Positions 26,642 through 36,085 are shown, counted from the stretch's first letter. The stretch is DNA of 64,000 nt from an uncultured Alphaproteobacteria bacterium (GCA_963737365.1 CAVTSD010000008.1:23504-87503), one strand, 5' to 3'. The notes: generated from the letters alone by a model not told the origin. Program-made: numbers and translations.

Positions 26642-27643
26642 TTAGAACAACCGGTCCTTCCAGGTCTTCGGCGTCTTCTCGTTTATGATCTCAAGATCGA
26701 TATGATACTTGAAATCACGAGTGCCGCGCCTCCTGATCGCCTCGACCATACTCGCCAAACCGGTGTCGAGATCGACCGATGTCTTGTATTGCAGCATCTT
26801 TCTCGCCTTATCGGAAGAGCACGATGCGTGCTCGACTTCCTGCGGCCGCCCGGTCATGAAGATGGGATCGAGATTGAATTGAATCTGGTTGGCGATCCGT
26901 TCGGCGAGCTCGATGATCGTGATCGTCTCCTCGTCGGGACCGATATTGATGATCTCGCCAACGACGTTGTCGCGAAACGCCATTTCCTTCAAGCAGTAGA
27001 GACAGTCGTCGATGAACGAAAAGCACCGCTTCTGCTTGCCGTTCCCATAGATAATGGGCTGGCGTCCCTGGAGCATCAGATTGATCATAATTGACGCTAC
27101 GTTGCGGAAGGGATCGTCCCATTTTTGTCGGGGACCGATGATGTTGTGGGGCACCGCGATCACGTATTCGACGCCATGGACCGTGCATAGATTGCGCAGA
27201 ATGTCCTCAGCGGCAAGTTTGCCGATGCCGTAGGGGTCCTGCGGCTTCGGCTTCTGGTCTTCGGTGAACGGCGGCTTAAGCGCCCCATAGCGCGCCATCG
27301 AAGAGCAGAAGACAACGCGCTTCGCACGATTGGCGACGGCGGCGGAGAAGATCGCCACCGACGCGCCGACTATGTTCTGCGTAACGAAATGGGGCGAAAA
27401 CACCGATAGGCCTTCGTAGGCTGTCGCGGCGCAATGATAATAGATGTCGCAACCTTCTGACACCTTTTGGATGTGGTTGAAGTCGTTGCAGTCGAACTGA
27501 TGAAAATCAACTTTCGAGGGGACATTGTCGAGTTCACCGCCGATGAGGTTATCAACCCCCACAACCTGATGCCCATCGGCAATCATTGCGTCAGCCAAAT
27601 GGCTGCCGAGAAAGCCCGCAACGCCCGTAACGAACACCCTCAT
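26642..27643 (-). CDS. NAD-dependent nucleotide-sugar epimerase/dehydratase (extended SDR)
   Basis: VTGVAGFLGSH, SSMARYG, YGIGK (YxxxK), HNIIGP, RCFSFIDD. Confidence 0.92.
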   Translation of the reverse strand: MRVFVTGVAGFLGSHLADAMIADGHQVVGVDNLIGGELDNVPSKVDFHQFDCNDFNHIQKVSEGCDIYYHCAATAYEGLSVFSPHFVTQNIVGASVAIFSAAVANRAKRVVFCSSMARYGALKPPFTEDQKPKPQDPYGIGKLAAEDILRNLCTVHGVEYVIAVPHNIIGPRQKWDDPFRNVASIMINLMLQGRQPIIYGNGKQKRCFSFIDDCLYCLKEMAFRDNVVGEIINIGPDEETITIIELAERIANQIQFNLDPIFMTGRPQEVEHASCSSDKARKMLQYKTSVDLDTGLASMVEAIRRRGTRDFKYHIDLEIINEKTPKTWKDRLF

Positions 27644-27804
27644 GGTTGACCCTTTTCTCGTTTTAGCGCTGTTTCAAACCGCAAATTAAACCATTCCGAA
27701 CCTGGTTTTGGCTAGAAAGATCCTTCGTTTTCGTCATAACGACCGAAAAGCATCCACCTTTCGGCGCTTCGACGCTCTCCCGCCAGCCGGGGGAAATGCG
27801 CCGC

Positions 27805-28875
27805 TTAATCGGCGCGTTGTAAAAAGACTTTCGTAGCCGGTCCCTGCGTGGCTCGCATGAATCCGGGCATTCCCGTTTCCCCGCTCACGCCGGCCCACCA
27901 TCCGCTGAGGCCGATCGTGAACGAGCGCCATGAGTGAAAGCGAAGCAGAAGCTCCGAGGTCTGCAATAGCGCAACGCCCGCGAACAGAGGCCAAGCGGCG
28001 GGATATCGCTTTTTGGCGATGATCACCCGATTCCTCTCGGAAAGGTAAATGCTGAACCGCGACCGCTTTGGCCGCGGTCCCCCCGAACCTGACGTAGACC
28101 CGGCGACATGGTGAACAACCAATTCATGCGCATAGCCGAGCCGGAACTTTCCGCGACGGAGCGACCACTCGCTATCTTCGTGATAGACGAAGAAATCCTC
28201 ATCCATCACGCCGATCGTCTTGATGTAAGCTTTGGACACGAACATTGCCGTGCCTGCGACAATGTCCAGGTCAGCCTCCACTTCTCTTAAGTCGGGGGTC
28301 ATTTCGGCCGGCTGTCCATGCCCCAGCGACCGAGCCCGCCCAAGCAAAGGCCGAAACTTGAGTCCGCCCCACAGCTGGACCCGCCCATTCGCCACGAAGA
28401 CAATTTTGCTCCCTACAATTCCGTAGCCGCCTTCCGCCTGCCGGCGCACCAAAGCGCCGAGCGCGTCCGGTTCCGGGAACGTGTCCGGGTTCAGGACCCA
28501 GATGAAATCCCAGTCCGCGCCGGCGGCGGCGATGCAGAAGTTGACGCCGCCGCTGTATCCGCGGTTCTCGCGCGATCTGAGAACCCTCACCACGCGCTGG
28601 TCCGCGCCCAGACGGAAGCGCTGACCTTCCGCAGCGTCCAGCCAATCATTGGCTTCAGAGTCAGCCGCTACGATCCCCTCGACTTCGGTCAATTCCCGGA
28701 CGTCGCGCTCGAAGGCCTCATGGCCGCCGTTCTCGCAGATGACGACGCTGAACTCTCGGTAGATCGACGCCCTGAGCGACCCGAGGCAGCCGACAAGGTT
28801 CTTAGCTTCGTCTGTCGCGACGATTGCAATGACAACGCGCGGGGTGGTGCTGATTGCGTTCGCGACTTCCGACAC
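27805..28875 (-). CDS. Family 2 glycosyltransferase
   Basis: VVICENGG, NRGYSGGVN, WVLNPDT, EDFFVYHEDSEW. Confidence 0.88.
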   Translation of the reverse strand: MSEVANAISTTPRVVIAIVATDEAKNLVGCLGSLRASIYREFSVVICENGGHEAFERDVRELTEVEGIVAADSEANDWLDAAEGQRFRLGADQRVVRVLRSRENRGYSGGVNFCIAAAGADWDFIWVLNPDTFPEPDALGALVRRQAEGGYGIVGSKIVFVANGRVQLWGGLKFRPLLGRARSLGHGQPAEMTPDLREVEADLDIVAGTAMFVSKAYIKTIGVMDEDFFVYHEDSEWSLRRGKFRLGYAHELVVHHVAGSTSGSGGPRPKRSRFSIYLSERNRVIIAKKRYPAAWPLFAGVALLQTSELLLRFHSWRSFTIGLSGWWAGVSGETGMPGFMRATQGPATKVFLQRAD

Positions 28876-29202
28876 TCGACACCCCTAACGATGACCAACC
28901 TCGCACGGCTTGCGAAACGCTATTCGCAAAACGCTGACGGGATCTTGCGTCAGCGCTACGACCCGCGGCTAGAATGCCACTCCTTGCCTAAGCCCGCCCT
29001 GGTGTTTTTGGTTGAAACGGCCGCAACGGCTCTGAGCGACCTTTTGCGGCCAAACCTCGGGCCGAATGGATGCGCCTGCCTTCCAAGCCTTGCCGGAATA
29101 GGAGACGCCACGGGAAGATCGAGAGGTACCGGACCCACAAAGCAGTGTCAATCGCGAGGCCGTAGCGCTCGGGATGCAAATGGAAACCAAGCAACGCGCG
29201 CT

Positions 29203-30135
29203 TCACTTCTCATCCCGACGCGTGAGCGCTCGATAGGCAACTGAAAAGCGATACGCTCGAATTTGGGCGAGCCCGACAATTGCCATGAGGCGGTTTCGAG
29301 GCCCGTTCAAACGTTTGGAGGCAAGCGGCAAGAAGGCATGCGGCGCGACCGCGAGCAACGCTGCCGATTGACGCAACAAGGCGAGGATCGGTCCCCTCCC
29401 CTCGCGCCGGGCGCCTTCTGAGGATTCGAGCGTCAGCCGTCGCCATTTGCGCTTCAACTCATCCATTGTCCGGCGAGCGGGGTGGCCAACGACCGACTTT
29501 GGAGCAAACCGAATGCGATAACCCTGCCGCCACGCCCTCTCACACCAATCCTTGTCCTCCGGGACGCTGTTTATGAAGTCGCCGACCGCGTCGAACACCG
29601 AGCGCCATACGAACATCGATGCGGTGACGGTGAATTTTAGCTCTTTCACGTAGCGCTCGTTGCGGAAGGCGAACACGCTCTCAAAGGCCTCCGCCGCTGT
29701 CATCCGCACAGGATCCTCAACCAAGACGTCGACGTGGCCGCCAGCGATATCGGCGTGACGCAATTCCGCTAGACCCTCCTCGAGCCACCGCTCATCCGGC
29801 CGACAATCGCTGTCGATAAAAGCGAGCGCATCGCCCCGCGAAGCGCGAACCCCCGCATTGCGAGCGGGGCCCGCTCCGCGCTCTGCGGCTTGGATCACCT
29901 GGCCCCGCGACCCCACGAGGCGGCACACGGCGTCAAAACCGCGCCAGCTGCCATTGTCGACTATGATGATTTCCGTCTTATCGCTTGGAAAGCTTTGCGC
30001 TTGCAGCAGTCTCAGACATCTATCCAAATTGTCGTAGTCGTCGAGGTGCGGCACGATCACCGAGACGAGACCGACGCCAAGCGGGCTGCCAGTCGCCCTG
30101 AGCGGCGCGGCTTGTTCGGTCTCACCGACCGTCAT
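29203..30135 (-). CDS. Family 2 glycosyltransferase
   Basis: VSVIVPHLDD, IIIVDNGS, GAGPARNAG, AFIDSDC, EDKDWC. Confidence 0.9.
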   Translation of the reverse strand: MTVGETEQAAPLRATGSPLGVGLVSVIVPHLDDYDNLDRCLRLLQAQSFPSDKTEIIIVDNGSWRGFDAVCRLVGSRGQVIQAAERGAGPARNAGVRASRGDALAFIDSDCRPDERWLEEGLAELRHADIAGGHVDVLVEDPVRMTAAEAFESVFAFRNERYVKELKFTVTASMFVWRSVFDAVGDFINSVPEDKDWCERAWRQGYRIRFAPKSVVGHPARRTMDELKRKWRRLTLESSEGARREGRGPILALLRQSAALLAVAPHAFLPLASKRLNGPRNRLMAIVGLAQIRAYRFSVAYRALTRRDEK

Positions 30136-30151
30136 AGCCTGCCTTTAAGCC

Positions 30152-30385
30152 TCATTTGGCGTATTTGCTCATGATTGATACGGATTTGTCGAAATTGCTC
30201 ATCTCTAAAATATCGTCCGTCTCCAGCATCGTATCGAATTCCGATTCTAGCGCGGCGACGAGGATCATATGGCCAATCGACGTCCACGCCGGGTATTCCT
30301 GATAGACGAGCTTTGACGTATCGACGTCGTCGTCAAGGTCAAAGCTTTCTTTAAAAGCGTCAAATACCCGCTCCCTTACCGTCAT
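30152..30385 (-). CDS. Stand-alone acyl carrier protein
   Basis: 77 aa, acidic; WTSIGHMILVAALESEFD resembles the WDSLGH phosphopantetheine site; SD GGAG before ATG 30385. Confidence 0.85.
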   Translation of the reverse strand: MTVRERVFDAFKESFDLDDDVDTSKLVYQEYPAWTSIGHMILVAALESEFDTMLETDDILEMSNFDKSVSIMSKYAK

Positions 30386-30464
30386 TGGCCTGGTCTCCAA
30401 AATCGTAAGGTTAGGCCCCGGAACGAAGGCCATCCGGTTCCCGGACCGACCCGGTCAATGCCGC

Positions 30465-31202
30465 TCACCCGACTCGTGTGCAAAGGAAAACCCGTTCCCC
30501 GCGCTTTAGACCGTGCTTGAGGACGTAAGGCTCTTTCGACACCCACTCTCGGAGCGAGAACCCAGCCTCGCGCAGCCGATCCCGAAGGTCGCGACCGTAA
30601 TAGCGAGCGTGATCCTCCTGCCCGAAATGGATCAATCGGTCGGCAGGGGACACAACCGACGGGTTTTCGTAAGTCTCGTCGAGTCCCTCTTCCAACGGAA
30701 CCATAATGATCGCCATGCCGGACGGGCGCAAAATGCGCCTCAGCTCCGACATCGCTTTGCGGTCGTCCGGGACGTGCTCCAAAACATGAAGGCATAAGAC
30801 GAGATCAAACGACTGATCCGGAAGAGCGATGTTGCAGATGTCGATGCGTAGGTCGACATCGGTCTTAAAGAGGTCGCACGTCTTATAACTCTTGACCCCT
30901 TTACTTCGGATGAACGCAGTTAGGGTCGGCTCAGGCGCGAAATGGAGAAGGTCCTTGCCCTCAAACAGCGGTTCCTGACCGGCGCAGATCGCAAGCGCCC
31001 GATGGCGCTCATACGAAAGACAAGCGGGACACAATACATCAGCGGCGAGAGGAAATCCGTAAGAAAAAAATCGGCCTGTATAACCACAGATCGTGCAGTT
31101 TCTGGGATAGTGGGCACCGAATAATCTTAAGCCCGATTTACGGGCGAATTTGAGCGCCCGGACAGACGCCCGGACTGGCATCGGCACTTTATTATACTGC
31201 AT
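30465..31202 (-). CDS. Class I SAM-dependent methyltransferase with N-terminal Cys motifs
   Basis: CTIC...CPAC-SYERHR, LLHFAPE, FDLVLCLHVLEHVPDD...LRRILRPSG. Confidence 0.88.
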   Translation of the reverse strand: MQYNKVPMPVRASVRALKFARKSGLRLFGAHYPRNCTICGYTGRFFSYGFPLAADVLCPACLSYERHRALAICAGQEPLFEGKDLLHFAPEPTLTAFIRSKGVKSYKTCDLFKTDVDLRIDICNIALPDQSFDLVLCLHVLEHVPDDRKAMSELRRILRPSGMAIIMVPLEEGLDETYENPSVVSPADRLIHFGQEDHARYYGRDLRDRLREAGFSLREWVSKEPYVLKHGLKRGERVFLCTRVG

Positions 31203-31433
31203 CGAAACTTGGCTCTCAAACGAAGAAAGCGGCGCTCATGAGAAAACCAAATGGTCTTTTCTTGGCACCGCTTGAGTAGCAGCATTCTATATCGTCGGAG
31301 CGCGGCAATGGCAATCCCCAAATCGGTCGAGATCCCGCGCCGCCCGCGCGGATTGATCGCGTTTCGCCTCAGGGCAGCCTGCTATATATTATAAATGGTG
31401 TCAGGCTGCGCGCCCATTCGAGCCGGCGGTTCG

Positions 31434-31964
31434 TTATTGTTTTTCGACCTGCCCGAATTCCAGGTCCACCGGAGTGGCGCGACCGAAGATGGACACAGCA
31501 ACTTTGACGCGAGATCGGGATTCGTCGACTTCCTCGACCACGCCGTTGAAGGAGGCGAAAGGGCCGTCAGCCACTCGCACGTTTTCGCCGATTTCAAATC
31601 GGATCGCCGCTTTCGGCCGCTCGACGCCGTCGGCCACCTGGCCCTTAATCCGATCCGCTTCGATATCGGGAATCGGCATCGGTTTCTTGTCCGCGCCCAG
31701 AAATCCGGTAACCTTGGGCGTGTTCTTGATCAAATGGTAGGCCTCATCGGTGAGGTCGCATTTGACGAGGACATAGCCGGGAAAGAACTTCCGCTCTGAA
31801 TTGATCTTGCGCCCGCGGCGCATCTCGACGACCTGCTCGGTCGGTACGAGGATCTCCTCAAATTTGTCGGAGAGGCCGCGCTGACTCGCCTGCTCGCGAA
31901 TGGATTCAGCGACCTTCTTTTCAAAGTTGGAATAAGCGTGAACGATGTACCAGCGCATAGTCAT
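31434..31964 (-). CDS. nusG: Transcription termination/antitermination factor NusG
   Basis: RWYIVHAYSNFEKKV, FFPGYVLV, TPKVTGF, KOW motif GPFASFNGVVEE, SIFGRATPV. Confidence 0.98.
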   Translation of the reverse strand: MTMRWYIVHAYSNFEKKVAESIREQASQRGLSDKFEEILVPTEQVVEMRRGRKINSERKFFPGYVLVKCDLTDEAYHLIKNTPKVTGFLGADKKPMPIPDIEADRIKGQVADGVERPKAAIRFEIGENVRVADGPFASFNGVVEEVDESRSRVKVAVSIFGRATPVDLEFGQVEKQ

Positions 31965-31992
31965 ATTTGGGCGATCCGGATCATAGCCGAGG

Positions 31993-32190
31993 TTAGCCGC
32001 CGCGCCCGAAGCCAAGGACGAGAGAAACGATTGTTCGCAAAACCTCGTCGACGACGAGGAAGAACAGGCTCGTGAACACGACCAGCATCAGCACGAGTCC
32101 GGTGGTGATCAAGGTTTCGCGCCGGGTCGGCCAAATGACCTTTGCACCCTCGGCGCGCACTTGCTGAATGAACTCGAATGGATTGGCCAT
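31993..32190 (-). CDS. secE: Preprotein translocase subunit SecE
   Basis: FIQQVRAEGAKVIWPTRRET plus a single TM helix, directly upstream of nusG. Confidence 0.95.
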   Translation of the reverse strand: MANPFEFIQQVRAEGAKVIWPTRRETLITTGLVLMLVVFTSLFFLVVDEVLRTIVSLVLGFGRGG

Positions 32191-32377
32191 TGCCTCGGCT
32201 TGGGTTTGAAATCAGCGCGGCGGGCGATGCCGCCCAGCCAAAAAGCTCGCGGCGCGGAGCCTTCCAGCGCCGCGCCACCTAGACCTCATATAGGAAAGGG
32301 AGCCCTCTCGCCAAGCGAAATGTGACGGGCAGAGATAAAACGGTCACAATGACATAACTGAGCGCCTCTTCCCGCCT

Positions 32378-33505
32378 CTAGCGGCGGAAATGCTTCGATA
32401 GCTTGAGGCCTTGGTGCTGATAGCTTGAGGTCGCGTCGGCGCCATAGAGCGCGTCCGGCGCTCCGGCGAGCTTTTCATACACCAGCCTTCCAACGGGTTG
32501 GCCGTCCTCCAACAGGAACGGCACATCGCGGCTGCGCACTTCCAGGACCGCCCGCGCGGACGGGCGCCCATCTTCTCCCTGCCCGAATCCTGGATCAAAG
32601 AACCCCGCGTAATGGACGCGAAACTCCCCAATCGCCGGATCGATCGGCGCCATTTCCGCCGCGAGATCAGGGGGGATCTGAACTCTCTCCCGAGAGGCCA
32701 GAATGTAGAACTGGTCCGGATCGAGGATCAGCCGCCGATCCTCTCGGGCGCGTATGGGCTCCCAGAAGTCTTCGACGGCGTAGGCGCGCAAGCGGTTAAC
32801 ATCGATGACGTCACTATTCTTGATCGCCTGATAGCCGACAACGGACTCCCCCAGGCCTCCAAGATCGACCCGCAACACCATGCCCTCGCGCAAGTCGAGA
32901 GGGCTGTCGATCAGCGGGCAGGCGAGGTGCCGCTTGCGGATCTCAGCATCTTCGAGGGTAAAGGTGTGTCGGTCGCGTTGCTGAGGATGACGGCTGCGAA
33001 ATCGAATCTGGCTCAGCTTGGACCCTGCTTTGACGCGGACACTGAAGCTGCGGGGCGAAATCTCCAACCAAAGCTCGCCTTGGTAGTCGAGCGGAACATC
33101 GTCGAACGCCTCTCCGCGATCGACGATGAGGCGGGTGAAAATGTCGATGCGTCCGGTCGAGCTCTTTGGGTTTGCGGCGCCTGATAGATTTGGCCTCAGT
33201 TCCAGCCGCTCCATCAGCCGGGCGACATAAACGATCCCCTTCTCCAGCACCGCGCCCTTGCCCGCGAGCGAGACAGGCTCGGCATTCAGGCTTTTGAGCC
33301 GCTCGCGAACGGTGTGCTCGCGCCCCGGCAGGAAGCTTGAGCGGACGCGATAGGCTTCTTTGCTGAGCCTGAGGTCGAGACTTGCAGGCTGGAGCTGGGA
33401 TGCTTCCAACGGCATCTCCGCCTTGATCAGTTTTCGGCCAATCATCGCGCGAATCTTCTGGCGCCCCATAAGCCCAAATGGAGCGGTGAACAGGGCATCC
33501 GCCAC
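32378..33505 (-). CDS. dcd: dCTP deaminase (alphaproteobacterial long form)
   Basis: LQPASLDLRL, NPKSSTGRIDIFTR, GEFRVHYAGFFDPGFG, YQHQGLKLSKHF; start uncertain (GTG 33505 chosen). Confidence 0.9.
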   Translation of the reverse strand: MADALFTAPFGLMGRQKIRAMIGRKLIKAEMPLEASQLQPASLDLRLSKEAYRVRSSFLPGREHTVRERLKSLNAEPVSLAGKGAVLEKGIVYVARLMERLELRPNLSGAANPKSSTGRIDIFTRLIVDRGEAFDDVPLDYQGELWLEISPRSFSVRVKAGSKLSQIRFRSRHPQQRDRHTFTLEDAEIRKRHLACPLIDSPLDLREGMVLRVDLGGLGESVVGYQAIKNSDVIDVNRLRAYAVEDFWEPIRAREDRRLILDPDQFYILASRERVQIPPDLAAEMAPIDPAIGEFRVHYAGFFDPGFGQGEDGRPSARAVLEVRSRDVPFLLEDGQPVGRLVYEKLAGAPDALYGADATSSYQHQGLKLSKHFRR

Positions 33506-33674
33506 GCTGGGCTCACCTGTGTCTAGGATATGGGGAAGCAGGGTTCGGGGCGGCGTCAACGGCGTTAGCCTCAAGGGGCGGTTGGCTTTGTTAGCGTCCC
33601 CTCACCTCTAAGCCAAGACAAGCCGCGCGGGACTTGGCCTTGACGTCAGAGCTTTGTTGGGGTTATCTGGAACA

Positions 33675-33735
33675 CTCTCGTGGTCATTTGAGCCGATCGG
33701 CTTGCCGCCACGTTAAACAACGGGCTAAAAGATCG
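33675..33735 (+). ncRNA. SAM-II (SAM-alpha) riboswitch
   Basis: CGTGGTCATTTGAGCCGATCGGCTTGCCGCCACGTTAAACAACGGGCTAAAA: P1 CGTGG/CCACG, inner AGCCG/CGGCT hairpin, TTTG...GCTAAA pseudoknot; upstream of metZ. Confidence 0.92.
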
Positions 33736-33800
33736 GGGCGCATCCAACCCGTCGCCTCGTTTCAAGCCCGTCAGGCGCCGTTGGCGCAGAGGTCTTGAAG

Positions 33801-35027
33801 ATGACGAGCCCACGCAAATCCCGCGATCCGAAGACACTCAGGCCGGCGACGCAATTGATCCATGGCGGAACGTTGCGTTCAAGATTTGATGAAACATCGG
33901 AAGCGCTTTTTCTCACCCAAGGCTATCTCTACGACACGATGGAGCTGGCGGAGGCCCGCTTCAAGGGCGACGATCCGGGCTTCATCTATTCGCGCTTCGC
34001 CAACCCGACGGTTTCGATGTTCGAGAGGCGGATGGCGCTCCTCGAGGGTGCCGAGGCGGCGCGCGCGACGGCGAGCGGGATGGCCGCCGTTACGGCTTCA
34101 CTCATGGGACAGCTCAAGGCCGGCGACCACATCGTGGCCGCTCGGGCCTTGTTCGGCTCCTGCCTCTATGTCGTGGAAGAGCTGTTGCCGCGTTTCGGAG
34201 TCGAATCGACACTCGTCGACGGCGCCGATCTCGAAGCCTGGCGCGCGGCTCTGCGCCCGAACACCAAGACGGCTTTCCTCGAATCGCCCACCAATCCGAC
34301 GCTCGAACTTGTCGACATCGCCGCGGTCGCCGAGATCATGCATGGGGCGCGCGCGACGTTGGTGGTCGACAACGTGTTCGCGACGCCCTTGCTGCAGCAT
34401 CCGATGAAACTTGGCGCCGATTGCGTGGTCTACTCGGCCACCAAGCACATTGACGGCCAGGGGCGCGTGCTTGGCGGCGTGATCCTCGCGAGCGAGAAGT
34501 TCATCGCCGACCACATCCACAATTTCCTGCGCCAGACCGGTCCCTGTCTCTCCCCGTTCAACGCGTGGACGCTTCTGAAGTCTCTGGAGACTTTGACCGT
34601 GCGCGTCGCGGCCCAAACGAGCAGCGCGGGCAGAATTGCGGATTTTCTCAGCCAGCACCCCGCGGTTCAGCGCACGCTCTACCCCGGCCGCGCCGATCAT
34701 CCGCAGGCGGCGCTTGCCCAGCGGCAGATGAAAGGCGGCGGCACGATAGTGGCGTTCGAGGTCGCTGGCGGCAAAGCCGCGGCTTTCCGGGTCGCCAACG
34801 CGCTCTCGATCGTCGGCATCTCCAACAATCTCGGCGACGCCAAAAGCCTCATCACCCATCCGGAGACAACGACCCACCAGCGGCTCAAGCCCGAGCAACG
34901 AGCGGCGCTCGGCATTGCACCTGGTCTACTCAGATTGTCGGTCGGGCTCGAGGACGTGGAGGACCTGATTGAGGACTTAGGCCAGGCGCTCGACAAGGCG
35001 TCGCTGCCGCGCCAAGCTGCTGAATAG
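33801..35027 (+). CDS. metZ: O-succinylhomoserine sulfhydrylase
   Basis: ETSEALFLTQGY, YSRFANPT, ASGMAAV, YSATKHIDGQGR (PLP Lys), SNNLGDAKSL. Confidence 0.95.
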   Translation: MTSPRKSRDPKTLRPATQLIHGGTLRSRFDETSEALFLTQGYLYDTMELAEARFKGDDPGFIYSRFANPTVSMFERRMALLEGAEAARATASGMAAVTASLMGQLKAGDHIVAARALFGSCLYVVEELLPRFGVESTLVDGADLEAWRAALRPNTKTAFLESPTNPTLELVDIAAVAEIMHGARATLVVDNVFATPLLQHPMKLGADCVVYSATKHIDGQGRVLGGVILASEKFIADHIHNFLRQTGPCLSPFNAWTLLKSLETLTVRVAAQTSSAGRIADFLSQHPAVQRTLYPGRADHPQAALAQRQMKGGGTIVAFEVAGGKAAAFRVANALSIVGISNNLGDAKSLITHPETTTHQRLKPEQRAALGIAPGLLRLSVGLEDVEDLIEDLGQALDKASLPRQAAE

Positions 35028-35230
35028 AAACGCCGCGCTCGGCCTCAGACGAGGGTTAAGCCAGCCGGGCTCGCTGCGCGCAGAAAGTTACGCGAGCAAA
35101 CAATTCCAAGAGCTTAAATGCGCTTTTGTGCAACTATGAAGCGGACTGTCGCGTTAGCTCAAGACCTTCCGCCTCGCTATTAAGTTTGTCTATAAACAGA
35201 ATAGACTATTGGGTGCGCAATTTATGAAGA

Positions 35231-35910
35231 TCATGGCGGGTTTTCGAAGGAGGGCCTGGGAGCTGCGATAGCTTCGTTTATCTTTTGTATCAAGTCCTCG
35301 TCTGTGGCGTCGTGTGAAGAATCCCCGGTTCGCAGTTTTGGCAGAATGTCTCGCGCATATTTGCACGGTTCCAGAAAGGCATCGCCTGCCCCCCAGACGA
35401 CAACTGGGCTGATATTGTCCGGCGGCCTGTAGGTTGTCATCAGCCGGTTCACGGCATCCCTCGCGAGCTCGAGCTGCGTGTAAATGATGACCACGTTCAT
35501 CGCGTCGCGTCCTAGCCGATTTTACCAGCGTTTGCTGAATAAAGGATCGGAGAGGGCGTTCGCGATAAGCTTTCCACAATCGTGTTTGTGATCGGCACGC
35601 CTGACTTAGACGTAGCCCGTTCTCTGAGGCGATTACAGACGCCGAGCGCGTTGGGAATTTGCTGTCGGAGTTCGACGGCAAGGGATTTGCGGAGCGCCTC
35701 CAACTCGTGATCGGCTTTTCTTCGCTCGGTCCGCAACGTGAAAAACACCGTGATCAACGTTGCCACTATCGCGAAGCAGCCCGCGATCAGGGTCTGCCAG
35801 CGCTCGAAAAAACCGGGTGGCGGGGGCGTAGGCGCCTCACCCGCGAAAACGGCCGCGAGCCAGTGGTTGAAACGGTCGAGCAAGATCGTGAAGTGCGACG
35901 ATGGGGGCAT
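35231..35910 (-). pseudogene. Probable frameshifted hypothetical membrane protein (ORFs 35512-35910 and 35231-35500)
   Basis: First ORF ends GKIG-TAG and the second starts 11 nt later in another frame; one added base gives a continuous ...GKIG-LGRDA-MNVVIIY... reading. Confidence 0.45.
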
Positions 35911-36085
35911 GACCGCCTCTTAGCCCGTCACCCGCATACTGAACCAACAGCGCCACAGCGACCAGCGCGGCTCGGGCGCTGAAATCGGGTCCATCGCGGA
36001 CGCGTTTAAGGCGCGGAACGACCCCGTCTCTCGACGGGTTATGAACCGCGTCACCAAACTCCGATTTGGCGAAGCTGCAATCTGC

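Noticed and set aside
31378-31395. CTATATATTA AT-rich patch as an NrdR box or dif site
   Set aside because: Partial match only; no nrd gene nearby and no XerC/XerD arms.
35085-35110. AAGTTACGCGAGCAAACAATTCC as a fourth copy of the dispersed element
   Set aside because: Shares only GTTAC and an A-rich word; lacks the TCAA half of the core.
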